NCBI GenBank assembly: GCA_003558085.1
Contig: PWMT01000039.1
Location: forward strand, 1-60,275
Direction of reading: 5' to 3'
Source: Methanobacteriaceae archaeon
GTDB lineage: Archaea > Methanobacteriota > Methanobacteria > Methanobacteriales > Methanobacteriaceae
DNA: 60,275 bases
The position numbers and the translations under genes were made by a program. Shown here piece by piece: positions 10,270 through 20,782 of the stretch. The notes beneath the pieces were generated by a model. That model did not search any database. It saw only the letters and a list, made by a program, of their open reading frames with translations, and was not told the origin of the DNA. Position 1 is the first letter of the stretch. Each line of letters starts with the position of its first letter.

Positions 10270-10537
10270 ATTAAAACCAAAAATTTATCTTTGTTAATAG
10301 ATTCGATACCATCTTAAAAAAAATTTTGGATAATTTAAAATTAGTTAATTTCAATTATATTTAATTTCATTTAATTGCGACCAAATTTAGCAAATTCTTT
10401 TATATAATTTATGTATTTTTCAATTTTTATCTTCTAAATTATATTCTAATTATTGGGGGGGATATAATATGTGTTTTTATAAGAAAAATAAAATTCGCTA
10501 ATTCTCAGGTTTTCAAGAATCTATATAAAGTTTTATA

Positions 10538-11671
10538 TTATAAATTTTCCAAACATTCATCCCTTAATACTTTAGCATCATCATTATTGGGATTTAAGAG
10601 TAAAACCTTCTTGAAACATTCTAATGCTTCTTCAAAACGGTTTAATTCCATTAACACCACTCCTTTGTTATTCCAAAAAATATAATTATTTTTGTCCAAT
10701 GCTAAAGCTTCATCATAACAATTAAGTGCTTCTTCAAATCTTCCTAATTCTAAAAGTGCATTTCCTTTCCTATTAAATCCTATAGAATCTTTTTCATCTT
10801 CTAAACATAATTCTAAAGCTTTATCATATGCTTCTAATGCCTGTTCTGTTTTTCCCATTTCATTTAACAGATCTCCACGAGCACTCCATACTTCTGGATT
10901 ATTAGGTTCTATCTGCAGGACCTTTTCATATGCATCCAAAGCCTTTTCATATTGATTTAACATTTCCAAGATAAATCCATGCCAATATAATAAAAATGCA
11001 TTTTTTGGGCTGATATTTAGAGCTTTTTCACTATATTTTAAAGCCAGCTTAGGGTTACCGGAATTTAAAAGTGCCAAGGCTTTATTATTTAAGATGAACT
11101 CATTTTCGGGATCAATTTCCAATGCTTTTTCATAGCATTTAATGGCAGCATCAAACTTTCCTAAACGGCCTAAATTGTCTCCTTTCTTATTAAGAAGATA
11201 TACATCTTGGGGATCGAATTCCAAAGCAGCATCATAGCATAGGGCAGATAAATTATATTTTCCAGAATCAAATAATATATCAGCTCTTTGAGTAATCATA
11301 GCTTTTTCATCGATTTTTTCTCCTTCCCATAACTCTATAGGTAACTTTTTAAACCGAATTATTTGAAATACGGTTTCTGGCTTGATTTCTTCAATGTACA
11401 TTTTATGAAATTCTGCTTTTAATTCTTCAGGATCTTCAAAGCCCTCTTCATGCACTAAATCATCCCTCTCCAGCAATTCCTGGAATGTCAATAATTCAAC
11501 TTCAGTCACTTCTGCTTCAAAAACCTTTTCACGTTCTTTAGAAACTAAATTCCAGTAACAATGAAGTCTATCTCCTTTTTTTAGGGGTTTTTTCCATAAC
11601 TTCCTAATGGTCATATTTTTTTTACCAGTTACCAGATCAATATTTTGACTTCCAAAGGATAATATGGGCAT
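10538..11671 (-). CDS. ASCH-domain / tetratricopeptide-repeat fusion protein
   Basis: N-terminal GKKNMTIR...GDRL...EEGF ASCH signature; about 7 TPR units (KG..L..LG.FEEAL.CY..AL). Confidence 0.8.
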   Translation of the reverse strand: MPILSFGSQNIDLVTGKKNMTIRKLWKKPLKKGDRLHCYWNLVSKEREKVFEAEVTEVELLTFQELLERDDLVHEEGFEDPEELKAEFHKMYIEEIKPETVFQIIRFKKLPIELWEGEKIDEKAMITQRADILFDSGKYNLSALCYDAALEFDPQDVYLLNKKGDNLGRLGKFDAAIKCYEKALEIDPENEFILNNKALALLNSGNPKLALKYSEKALNISPKNAFLLYWHGFILEMLNQYEKALDAYEKVLQIEPNNPEVWSARGDLLNEMGKTEQALEAYDKALELCLEDEKDSIGFNRKGNALLELGRFEEALNCYDEALALDKNNYIFWNNKGVVLMELNRFEEALECFKKVLLLNPNNDDAKVLRDECLENL

Positions 11672-11738
11672 TAAATCACTCTAATTAAATTTATGGATCA
11701 AATATTACTATTTCAGATAATTTTATTGAAAAGAAGAT

Positions 11739-12437
11739 TTATATTATTTCTTCACCAAATTCAGCGGTCTTTATTTTAATTTTAGGTAATTTTGGTTTAA
11801 TTTCCTGTGCCAAATTCACTAAAAATTCTCTGGAGGGACTGGGTACAGATTTTAAGTTAGGATCCAAGACCACTTTATTTCTAAATTGTTGCAAAGTATA
11901 TAAATCACAATTTATTTCATTTGAAATTTGATGAATATCTTCGGCAGTTAGTAGAGTTGGTACATAGGTAGTCCTACATTCTAAAAAAGTATTGGAAGCA
12001 TTAGAAACTATATCCATACATTTTTTCACATTTTCACCAGTTTCTATACCAATTAATCTTTGATATTTAGCAAAGGGAGCTTTTATATCCAAGCTTACAT
12101 AATCTACTAGTTCTAATAATTGGTTTAATCTTTCTGGGAAGCATCCATTAGTATCTATTTTAGTATCCAGATTCAAAGATCGAGCATAAGCTAAAAGCTT
12201 TTTTATTTCCGGATATTGAATTAATGGTTCACCACCAGTAATTACTAATCCGTCTATAAATTCAGAAGACTTTTTGATTTTTTTAAATAACTCTTCTATA
12301 CCTATTTCTTCTCCACCGTCTATTATTTCCGGATTATGGCAATAGGGACACCTTAAAGTACATCCTGAAGTAAAAATAACTAATGATATTTTCTCAGGTA
12401 AATCAAAAGAAGATATGTTGGTACCACCAATTTTCAT
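11739..12437 (-). CDS. Glycyl-radical activase-type radical SAM protein (anaerobic ribonucleotide reductase activase, NrdG-like)
   Basis: GCTLRCPYCHNP (CxxxCxxC), ITGGEP, DTNG, LDIKAP and ECRTT motifs. ATG start chosen from the GTGA RBS; alternative GTG at 12446. Confidence 0.82.
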   Translation of the reverse strand: MKIGGTNISSFDLPEKISLVIFTSGCTLRCPYCHNPEIIDGGEEIGIEELFKKIKKSSEFIDGLVITGGEPLIQYPEIKKLLAYARSLNLDTKIDTNGCFPERLNQLLELVDYVSLDIKAPFAKYQRLIGIETGENVKKCMDIVSNASNTFLECRTTYVPTLLTAEDIHQISNEINCDLYTLQQFRNKVVLDPNLKSVPSPSREFLVNLAQEIKPKLPKIKIKTAEFGEEII

Positions 12438-12496
12438 CTTATTCACACTTTAATTTTTCAAACAGATTAATTCTTATATACCCCTGGAAATATTTA

Positions 12497-13606
12497 TTAT
12501 TCATTTCCCTCTATTATTCCTTTAAAAACTTTAATAAATTTTTTATCTTGTTCTATAGTTCCTACACTTATCCTTATCCAATATTCATCTAATCCTTTAA
12601 ATGATATACAATCTCTAACTATAATTCCTTTTTTTAATAATTTTTCTGTCATTTCAGAGGAATTTAAATTTGTATTACGGATATCAACTAATAAATAATT
12701 TGCTTTCGATTCAAAAACCCTTATTTGATCTATTTTTGATAATTCTGTCCATAGAAATTCCCTACTTTCAATGGATATTTGGGCAGATTTTTCTAAATAT
12801 TCTCTATCTTTTAAAGTGGCTAGGGCAGCAGTGTGTGATAGATTAGTTAAACTAAAAGGTGGCTTCACCCGATGCATATAATCAATTATTTTTGGATTGG
12901 ACAGGCCATAACCAATTCTCAAACCAGCCAACCCCATTACCTTAGAAAAGGTACGTAGAATAAATAAATTTTCATAATCTGATAGTAAGTCCACGTTATT
13001 TATATTTGCAAATTCAAAGTAAGCCTCATCCACCACCACTAAAGCATCAGTAGAATTTAATACAGTTTCAATATCATTTTTATCGATTAATCCCCCGGTG
13101 GGATTATTAGGAGTGCAAAGAAATATTAAACGAGTCTTTTCACTTATAGATTCCATTACTGATGCAACATCTAATTGATTAGCTTCTACATCCCAACGTG
13201 CATACACTGGTCGGGCTCCATGATTTCGTAGATTGAATTCATAGTACATGTAAGAAGGTATAGGAACTATGAATTCACAATCAGGATCTAAAAAAGTTTT
13301 ACCCAACAGATCTATTATTTCATCAGCACCATCCCCTCCAATGATTACTTCATCGCTAGAAACATCAGAATATTCGGCTATTTCTTCTTGTAGATCTTTT
13401 AATCCTGTTTCTGGGTATTGGCTGATTAGGTTTACTTCATTTTTTATGGCCTCTACAGCCAAAGGAGAAGGGCCTAATGGATTTTCATTGGACCCTAATT
13501 TAATAATATCTTCTTTTTTTAAGGAGTATTCTGCTGCAATTTCTTTTATGGATTTACCTGGAATGTAAGGATCTAATCTATGGATAACTTCTCGTATTTT
13601 AACCAT
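12497..13606 (-). CDS. hisC: Histidinol-phosphate aminotransferase
   Basis: KLGSNENP, PNNPTG, VDEAYFEF and LRTFSK(PLP)VMGLAGLRIGY. Start moved to MVKIRE (GTGA RBS). Confidence 0.93.
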   Translation of the reverse strand: MVKIREVIHRLDPYIPGKSIKEIAAEYSLKKEDIIKLGSNENPLGPSPLAVEAIKNEVNLISQYPETGLKDLQEEIAEYSDVSSDEVIIGGDGADEIIDLLGKTFLDPDCEFIVPIPSYMYYEFNLRNHGARPVYARWDVEANQLDVASVMESISEKTRLIFLCTPNNPTGGLIDKNDIETVLNSTDALVVVDEAYFEFANINNVDLLSDYENLFILRTFSKVMGLAGLRIGYGLSNPKIIDYMHRVKPPFSLTNLSHTAALATLKDREYLEKSAQISIESREFLWTELSKIDQIRVFESKANYLLVDIRNTNLNSSEMTEKLLKKGIIVRDCISFKGLDEYWIRISVGTIEQDKKFIKVFKGIIEGNE

Positions 13607-13736
13607 ATAATCACTTAGACAAATTTTTAATAAACATAAAATAATTCCCATCAACAGTTTTTTCTGGGATAATATACTCTATCAGTATAATTTTTCTTAT
13701 AGAATAAATATGATTAAAATATTATTTAAAAGTAAT

Positions 13737-13837
13737 TTCTATTTTATACAGTCATTTCCTCATAAAAGCAGGGTTATTCTATTTCAATTCTATTTTATAC
13801 AGTTAATTGCTGATAGAAGCAGGTTATTCTAATCCAA
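13737..13837. repeat. Imperfect tandem duplication, about 51-bp period
   Basis: TTCTATTTTATACAGTcAtTtcctcATAaAAGCAGGgTTATTCTAtTtCAA (13737-13787) vs TTCTATTTTATACAGTtAaTtgctgATAgAAGCAGGTTATTCTAaTcCAA (13788-13837). Confidence 0.75.
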
Positions 13838-14320
13838 TTTTTTTTTAAGACTTTTTTTAGAGAGTGCACTATATTTTACTGCATTTTCTTTAATAGACTC
13901 AATTTCTTCCTTATTTAAAGTTTTAATTACTTTGGAAGGCAAACCCAATATTAAACTTTGATCAGGGAATTCTTTTCCTTCAGTAACCACGGCTCCCGCC
14001 CCCACCATAGAATCTTTCCCTATATGAGCACCATTTAAAATGGTGGCATTCATTCCTACTAGAACATTATCTTCTATAGTGCATCCATGTAACACTGCGG
14101 AATGTCCTACTGAGACATAATCTCCTACCTGTACCGGATAATCCGTGGAAGAGTGAACTACACAATTATCTTGTATATTGGAATATTTACCAATTTTTAT
14201 AGGTTCAATATCCCCCCTTAAAACTGCATTGTACCATATTGATGAATTTTTCCCAATTTTAACCTTTCCTATAGTGTAAGATCCTGGAAATAATTTTACA
14301 CTGGGATGAATATTAGTCAT
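13829..14320 (-). CDS. Gamma-carbonic anhydrase-like hexapeptide-repeat protein (YrdA/PaaY family)
   Basis: SSIWYNAVLRGD, SNIQDNCVVH, VGHSAVLHGC. Start moved to MTNIHPS. Confidence 0.88.
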   Translation of the reverse strand: MTNIHPSVKLFPGSYTIGKVKIGKNSSIWYNAVLRGDIEPIKIGKYSNIQDNCVVHSSTDYPVQVGDYVSVGHSAVLHGCTIEDNVLVGMNATILNGAHIGKDSMVGAGAVVTEGKEFPDQSLILGLPSKVIKTLNKEEIESIKENAVKYSALSKKSLKKKLD

Positions 14321-14415
14321 TAAATCACTACTAGTATAATTTTTTAACACTTAAATTTAATATATCAGCTTTATTTTATTAATATAAGCCATGGAATTAT
14401 TAAAACAACTTTAAT

Positions 14416-15687
14416 TTAATTTTTATCAAGTGTAAGATGTCCTTGACGTACCAGTATTAATTTATTAGAATCAATATCTTCATGTATGATTGCACCAGGC
14501 CCAATTGATGAATTATGTCCTACTTTCACGCCTGGATTGAAAGTAGAGTTTATACCGGTTTTTACTCCATCACCAAATACTACTCCAAATTTTCTCCTAG
14601 AAGTATCGGTTTTTTCACCCTTAATTTTTAATTGAATATTTTTATCATCAAAACGCAGGTTAGCGATGTTAGTGCCAGCAGCTATATTACAATCACACCC
14701 TATAATTGAATCTCCAAGGTAAGTGAGATGATTAACATTAGTATGGTCCATTACAACCGAATTTTTTATTTCCACCGCATTTCCTACTTTCACATTATTT
14801 CCTATGAATGTAGATTTTCTTAAATAACAATTTGGACCTATATCGCAGTTTTCCCCAATATAAACTGGTCCTTGAATATAAGTTCCGGAGCGAATTATGC
14901 TCCCTTTACCTATAACCACCGGGCCTTCCATACTTACTCCTTTTTCCACACGACCCTCTATTTTACTAATCATGTTCTCTAAAAATTCCTCATTAATTTT
15001 TAAAAATTCCCAAGGTCTTCCAATATCAATCCATTTTTTATGGGAAGTTAAACCTGCTACTTTTTTACCTTCCTTGATTTGAATTTTCAGAGATTCTGTT
15101 ATTTCATATTCTCCACGAGAGGATTTGACAGTCTTATCGATGCAGGAGAAAATATCTGGATCAAATACATATAGGCCGGTATTGATTAAATTACTGGGTG
15201 CTTCTCCTTTTTTGGGCTTTTCTATGATTTCAGTTATATTATCGCCTTCTATTTTTACCACACCAAAAGAACTGGGATCCTCCACTTCAGTAAGCACCAA
15301 CATGGATTTAGCTCCACATTCAGAATAGTTTTTAATTAAATCATTTAAAAGCCCAGGGTCGATGATAACATCTCCATTCAAGACTATGAATTGTTCTCCA
15401 ATGAATTCACGAGCATGTCCTATGGCGTGAGCTGTTCCTAAACGTTCTTTTTGGGTAACATAATTTATTTTAACACCTATATTGTTTCCCTCTTTAAAAT
15501 AATTTTTAACCATTTCTTGCTTATAACCCACGATCATTATAATTTCATCAATTCCGGCATCTCGAAGTGCTTCGATGTTATATTGAATTATTGGTTTACC
15601 TCCGACTGGAAGCATGGTTTTAGGTCGGGTAAGAGTCAAGGGGCGCATCCTGGTACCTTCCCCTGCGGTTAAAATGATGGCTTTCAA
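14416..15687 (-). CDS. glmU: Bifunctional sugar-1-phosphate nucleotidylyltransferase/acetyltransferase GlmU
   Basis: LTAGEGTRMRPLT..RPK, LGTAHA, EKP, then a hexapeptide beta-helix with HLTYLGDS; TTG start with GGAGGT RBS; adjacent to glmM. Confidence 0.9.
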   Translation of the reverse strand: MKAIILTAGEGTRMRPLTLTRPKTMLPVGGKPIIQYNIEALRDAGIDEIIMIVGYKQEMVKNYFKEGNNIGVKINYVTQKERLGTAHAIGHAREFIGEQFIVLNGDVIIDPGLLNDLIKNYSECGAKSMLVLTEVEDPSSFGVVKIEGDNITEIIEKPKKGEAPSNLINTGLYVFDPDIFSCIDKTVKSSRGEYEITESLKIQIKEGKKVAGLTSHKKWIDIGRPWEFLKINEEFLENMISKIEGRVEKGVSMEGPVVIGKGSIIRSGTYIQGPVYIGENCDIGPNCYLRKSTFIGNNVKVGNAVEIKNSVVMDHTNVNHLTYLGDSIIGCDCNIAAGTNIANLRFDDKNIQLKIKGEKTDTSRRKFGVVFGDGVKTGINSTFNPGVKVGHNSSIGPGAIIHEDIDSNKLILVRQGHLTLDKN

Positions 15688-15802
15688 AATTTTACCTCCT
15701 ATATTACAATGAATAATTTTCACTTGATAATCAGTTTTTCTAAGACTTTTAATAATTAATAATAATTACCGTTTTTTACTTTAAAATTTACTTTAAATTA
15801 TA

Positions 15803-17182
15803 TTATTTAGATAAATATTTTTGAACAAAATCCGTGGAAATTTTACTAATTTCTTCAGCTCTTTCCTGATTTCTAGCTTCCAGGGTTATACGAATATAGG
15901 ATTCTGTCCCGGAAGGTCTAATCAAAACCCAACTTCCATCTTCAAAGGATATTCTCATTCCATCTATATCATTAAGGTGCACCACATCCTTAAAATGATC
16001 TTTTAAGGAAGATTTAACTTTATCCATTATTATTTCTTTATCCACTTTAGAGCAGCCTATTTTTTTTCTGATAGTGGGATAGTTAGGGATTGAATCTAAT
16101 TGTTTAGAAAGATCTCCTTTATTAGAAACAAGCTCTATTACGCGTAGTGCAGATAAAATACCGTCGGGGCAAAGGCAAAAATCGGGATGAATCCAAGTCC
16201 CTGAAGGTTCCCCTCCAAATGAAGCATCATACTGTAAAATTGATTGGGCTACATGCACATCTCCTACTTTTGTTCTAATAACTTCCCCTCCCACTGCAGA
16301 TAAGCATTCATCCATAATTAAGGAAGCATCTACCGTGGTAATTATTTTTCCACCAATGACCTGTGATATCAAAGCCAATAATTTATCAAAATCTGCAAAA
16401 TTACCTTTTTCATCAACGGCTACCATTCTATCTGCATCACCATCATGGGCAATTCCTAGATGAGATCTAGTCTTTTTAACAGTTTTCATTAATACTTCTA
16501 GATTTTCTTGGTTAGGTTCAGCTTCACGGCCTGGGAAAAATCCATCAGGCTGACAATTTAATGTAGTCACCCTACAGCCCGCTTTCCTTAAAATTAATGG
16601 AGATAAATAAGAAGCCGCACCAGAACCACAATCCACCACTATTTTTAGACCTGGTTTTATATTCACCATTTCCAATATTTCATCAATATATTGATTTATA
16701 ATTTCATCTCTCGTTTCACAAGATCCAATTTGATCCCAAGCTGCCATCTTAAATTTTTTGGTATGAATTAGGGCTTCTATTTTTCTTTCTTGATCTGAAC
16801 TGAATGCTATGCCATTAGGATTCCACAATTTTATCCCATTATCTTTAGCTGGGTTATGAGATGCGGTTATCATTACTCCAGCATCTGCTTTTAAACGGGA
16901 AGCAGAAAATCCGACCAATGGGGTAGGCACCATACCTAATTCTACTACATTACATCCACATTCTAATAAACCAGAACAAAGTGCTTTATTTAACATTTGA
17001 TTAGAAGTTCGGGTATCATAACCAACCACTACCAATCCTTCACCGCCAAGATATGTGGCCAGTGCTTTTCCAACTTCTAAAGCTAGTTCGCTTGTTATTT
17101 CATTTCCAATTTCGCCCCTTATTCCAGAAGTACCAAATAGGCGTGGAATTTTTTTATAATTTTTTTCCAATGTTCTAGACAT
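15803..17182 (-). CDS. glmM: Phosphoglucosamine mutase
   Basis: LFGTSGIRG, TASHNP, DGDADR, GGEPSG loop and RPSGTE; upstream of glmU. Confidence 0.85.
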   Translation of the reverse strand: MSRTLEKNYKKIPRLFGTSGIRGEIGNEITSELALEVGKALATYLGGEGLVVVGYDTRTSNQMLNKALCSGLLECGCNVVELGMVPTPLVGFSASRLKADAGVMITASHNPAKDNGIKLWNPNGIAFSSDQERKIEALIHTKKFKMAAWDQIGSCETRDEIINQYIDEILEMVNIKPGLKIVVDCGSGAASYLSPLILRKAGCRVTTLNCQPDGFFPGREAEPNQENLEVLMKTVKKTRSHLGIAHDGDADRMVAVDEKGNFADFDKLLALISQVIGGKIITTVDASLIMDECLSAVGGEVIRTKVGDVHVAQSILQYDASFGGEPSGTWIHPDFCLCPDGILSALRVIELVSNKGDLSKQLDSIPNYPTIRKKIGCSKVDKEIIMDKVKSSLKDHFKDVVHLNDIDGMRISFEDGSWVLIRPSGTESYIRITLEARNQERAEEISKISTDFVQKYLSK

Positions 17183-17183
17183 T

Positions 17184-18416
17184 TTAAGCCCCAAATTTTT
17201 CTGATCTATTCATTAAATCCATTAAAATGTTCATAATATCTGATCCTCTGATGCGGCACAATCCTCCTTTACTGGCTGCATTTTCATTAAATTTGGAAAC
17301 TTCATCCACCCTTATTTCAGGACCACTCATTACTATAGGCACTGGATCTCCAGTATGATCCATAACCGATATAGGGGTAGTATGATCGGCAGTCAATATG
17401 AAATAAGTGTTGGATATTTTCATTATTTCTCCCACCATCTGATCTACCTTCTCTAAGAAATTTAGTTTTCCCTGCAGGTCTCCATCATGCCCAGCTTCAT
17501 CCGCACCATCAATATTTATGAGTATAAAATCATAATCCATTTGCGCATGTTGAATGATACTATTAGTAATATTTTCTAGATTAGTATCTAATCCACCAGT
17601 GGCTCCATCTACTTCAATCACATCTATTCCTGCTAATTTTGCTATCCCTTTTATTAGTCCTGTTTCAGCAATACAAGCAGATTTGATTCCATATTTATCA
17701 TCAAATGATTTTACATCTGGTACAGCTCCGGCACCTCTGGGCAGTATGATATTGGCCGGGTTTTTACCATTTTCTATACGTTCCAAATTAACTGGATGAT
17801 TTTTTAACATCTCATAAGAGATTTTTACAATTTTGTTTAATATATGGGCAGTTTTTATGGCTTCTGGTGAACCATCTAATGCTATAACTTTTTTGGGAAC
17901 TTTTCCATTATATTTTGGATCAGAATCAGAGACTTGATCTGATAAACCTTCTCCTCTCAATATCAATACTGCACGGTGACCTGTGGATTCTTTAAAAATA
18001 ATTTCCACATCTTCAAAGCCCTCTAATTTTATGGTATTTAAAGTGGAAACAATTTCATCAGTTTTTTCCCTTATTCTACCTGCTCGCCTATCAATTATAA
18101 TACCTTCTTCATTAGAGGTGGAAAAATTACATCTAAAAGCAATATCTCCGGATATAACATTTAAACCTACTCCTGCCGCTTCGAAAGGACCTCGTCCAGT
18201 GTAAACTTGATAAGGATCATATCCTAGAATTGAAATATGTGATGTATCGCTACCAGCCCTTATACCTGGTTTTATAGGATCCATAATTCCACTTATACCT
18301 AACTTAGACATTCTATCCATATTGGGAGTATTAGCAGATTCTAATGGAGTTCTATAACCAATTTCTTTTAAAGGACGGTCTGCCATCCCATCAATTATCA
18401 TTATTATCCCTTTCAT
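17184..18416 (-). CDS. apgM: 2,3-bisphosphoglycerate-independent phosphoglycerate mutase (archaeal type)
   Basis: IIDGMADRP, GSDTSH, YTGRGPFEA, DEAGHDG, TADHTTP and HTGDPVP motifs. Confidence 0.93.
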   Translation of the reverse strand: MKGIIMIIDGMADRPLKEIGYRTPLESANTPNMDRMSKLGISGIMDPIKPGIRAGSDTSHISILGYDPYQVYTGRGPFEAAGVGLNVISGDIAFRCNFSTSNEEGIIIDRRAGRIREKTDEIVSTLNTIKLEGFEDVEIIFKESTGHRAVLILRGEGLSDQVSDSDPKYNGKVPKKVIALDGSPEAIKTAHILNKIVKISYEMLKNHPVNLERIENGKNPANIILPRGAGAVPDVKSFDDKYGIKSACIAETGLIKGIAKLAGIDVIEVDGATGGLDTNLENITNSIIQHAQMDYDFILINIDGADEAGHDGDLQGKLNFLEKVDQMVGEIMKISNTYFILTADHTTPISVMDHTGDPVPIVMSGPEIRVDEVSKFNENAASKGGLCRIRGSDIMNILMDLMNRSEKFGA

Positions 18417-18426
18417 CTTTTCACCT

Positions 18427-19113
18427 TTAATAATAATAAATCAGTAAGATTCCTAATACAGCTCCGCTAAGTGTGGCTAACAGATTCACATGTTCATTAT
18501 TTATATACTTCCGTCTTTCCAAAACTGCTCCTAGAATGCTGTCGGTGAAACAACCTACTGTACCAGCTATTATAGATATTTTCAAAGAAACAAAAGGATC
18601 AGGATAAATTTCTAATATATAAGCAAAAAAACCGATAGATCCAGCCCCCATGATTCCGGCAGCGGTTCCTAAGAGTGATATTCCTCCATCAGTTCCAGGA
18701 TCAACTTTTTTTAAAGTAGTTATCAGACGGGGTGTTTGAACCACCCCTACTTCACTAGCGAGGGTATCGGCAGTGGCGGTAGCTACAGATCCTATAAATC
18801 CACCTACCAAAATCTCATAGTTACCAAAGACGGCCATTACAAAGGGTACAATCCCATTTGATATTACGTTTTTCACTCCTCTTTTACCTTCATAAACACC
18901 AATTTCTTTTTTGTATTCACTACGATACTTAGTAAATACAAAACCTAAGACAATAAAAATTAAAATTAAAAGAAGCCAGTTAAAACCAGCAGTGAATATA
19001 ATTATGAGACCCATGACCACCATAAAAATAGATCCTCGTAGATCAAGGGCTCCTCGCAGATAAGTTAAAAGCCCTATAATCAGACAAAGGATCACATATA
19101 TTATTTTAATCAT
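18427..19113 (-). CDS. DUF92 / TMEM19 family membrane protein
   Basis: NVISNG, ATATADTLASEVG, PGTDGGIS.LG, DSILGA.LE and NEHVN motifs. Confidence 0.85.
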   Translation of the reverse strand: MIKIIYVILCLIIGLLTYLRGALDLRGSIFMVVMGLIIIFTAGFNWLLLILIFIVLGFVFTKYRSEYKKEIGVYEGKRGVKNVISNGIVPFVMAVFGNYEILVGGFIGSVATATADTLASEVGVVQTPRLITTLKKVDPGTDGGISLLGTAAGIMGAGSIGFFAYILEIYPDPFVSLKISIIAGTVGCFTDSILGAVLERRKYINNEHVNLLATLSGAVLGILLIYYY

Positions 19114-19159
19114 GAAAGTCCCAGTTTTCGTTTTTTTATTGAAAACTATGTAAAAAGAT

Positions 19160-19747
19160 TTATGTTGATTCTTCTAATACTTTGGTCTTTATTATTTCAA
19201 CTCTTTTGAGAGGATAAATCTTTTTAACATTATGATATAGTTCAGAAGCAATTTTACCAGTTACAACAGCCTCTATAACTTCAACGAAGTTTTTATCAGA
19301 AACCATATTGTTTAGAAGTTCATTTATAGTTTCACGCATGAACTTTTGTTGAGAAGATTTGGCCCTACGAGTGGTGATGCATAGGACATGTAATTTTATT
19401 TTATATCCATCTTTACTTTTAACAATAATAGGGGCATCTATTCGACTAGTACCTCTTCTGATCATGCTTCTGACATAATCGGTTGTTACTTCATGTCCTA
19501 TGAACTTAGTATGGGCGGTGTCTCCAGTTACTCTATCAACTTGAAATTTTAATTTAACATATTGTTTGGAAAAATCACCTGCAAGTTCCCTCATAGTTGC
19601 TTCTACTTTCCTGTTCACTAAAAAATCAGGGTCTCTAGATGGACTTATTCCAATTTCTTCTTCTCCAAATCCTTCAGGACTCATTATCTTGTACCATTGT
19701 TTCTCTTTCCAAGTATCTCTCACTCTTCTTCGTCTAGCTTTAGCCAT
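19160..19747 (-). CDS. rps3ae: 30S ribosomal protein S3ae (eS1)
   Basis: RDTWKEKQWY, DYVRSMIRRGTSRID and KIYPLKRVEIIK. Confidence 0.96.
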   Translation of the reverse strand: MAKARRRRVRDTWKEKQWYKIMSPEGFGEEEIGISPSRDPDFLVNRKVEATMRELAGDFSKQYVKLKFQVDRVTGDTAHTKFIGHEVTTDYVRSMIRRGTSRIDAPIIVKSKDGYKIKLHVLCITTRRAKSSQQKFMRETINELLNNMVSDKNFVEVIEAVVTGKIASELYHNVKKIYPLKRVEIIKTKVLEEST

Positions 19748-20213
19748 AATTAATCACCTTTAGTTGTAAAATTATATTAAAAAGAATCTTCAATTCTTGT
19801 ATAATACTCAAAATCATATAACTATATTTCAGGTTATAGTTGAAAATAGTTTATAACAAATCTATTTTTATAGTTTATAAATATACCATGGTTTGCTTAT
19901 TTTTCGAGCTAAGTTTCAGGGATTATAATAATATACCTAAACCCCTTTTTAATATTATTATCTATTTTTAGAGTTATTTCCTTAATAAATTGAAAACTAA
20001 TTAAAAAACCGCCCTAAAGGTAAGTTAAAGTTTTTTTGGTTCTAGTATTTATAAAGTGTGGTAAACTTATAAAGGCTTATTAATTTAGGCCCCATAAATA
20101 ATTTTATTATTCCTAAATTGTTCTACTTTCTTATTTTTTTCACTCAGGAGATTATAAATCTTCATTAAAGAAAAAAAAAGAGCATAAGTCATGTTAGAAA
20201 ATCTTCAAATACT

Positions 20214-20552
20214 TTATTTAAATAAAGGTTTATTCATGAATTCTAAATGTTTTTGATATCTCTCCAAAACTTCCTTTTGGTTTCCTTTATCAATTATAAC
20301 TTTGATTCCAGCATTTTCCACACCATATTTAGCATTCATACCTACCTGACTACAAAGCACTACATCACAATCTTTTATGATATTGAGAACTATGTTCCAC
20401 TGGTGCTGTAAAGAGGGATCAATATTAGTTTTTCTTTTCTCTAAAAAACTTACTTTAAAATCTTCTTCTTTTAAATCATAGATAAAAAATATTTCTGCTT
20501 GTCCAAAATGAGAAACCTGATCTCCATTAGCTGTAGCAATAGCTATCTTCAT
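20214..20552 (-). CDS. NifB/NifX family (FeMo-cofactor-binding domain) protein
   Basis: MKIAIAT...HFGQA..F.IY and DCDVVLCSQVG motifs. Confidence 0.82.
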   Translation of the reverse strand: MKIAIATANGDQVSHFGQAEIFFIYDLKEEDFKVSFLEKRKTNIDPSLQHQWNIVLNIIKDCDVVLCSQVGMNAKYGVENAGIKVIIDKGNQKEVLERYQKHLEFMNKPLFK

Positions 20553-20782
20553 TTTAATCACATAGATAAGAATTTCAATTTTAAACTATCTTCTAAGTTT
20601 ACTATTTCCTTTTTTATTTTTGATGATAATCTTTTCTTTAAGCATCATCTATTAAATTCAGCACAATCTAATTAATGAGCTTTTTTTATACCTTGTTTAA
20701 GAGGTTAATAATTAATTATAAAATTAAAAGTTAAAAATAAATGGTATTACCGGTTCATCTCTGCCCCATAATAAAGATTTAT

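Noticed and set aside
13737..13837. Mini CRISPR array
   Set aside because: Only two diverged adjacent units, no unique spacer and no cas genes.
19748..20213. ncRNA or riboswitch in the long rps3ae leader
   Set aside because: No GC-rich stable stems or tRNA/sRNA signatures found; only TATA-like tracts.
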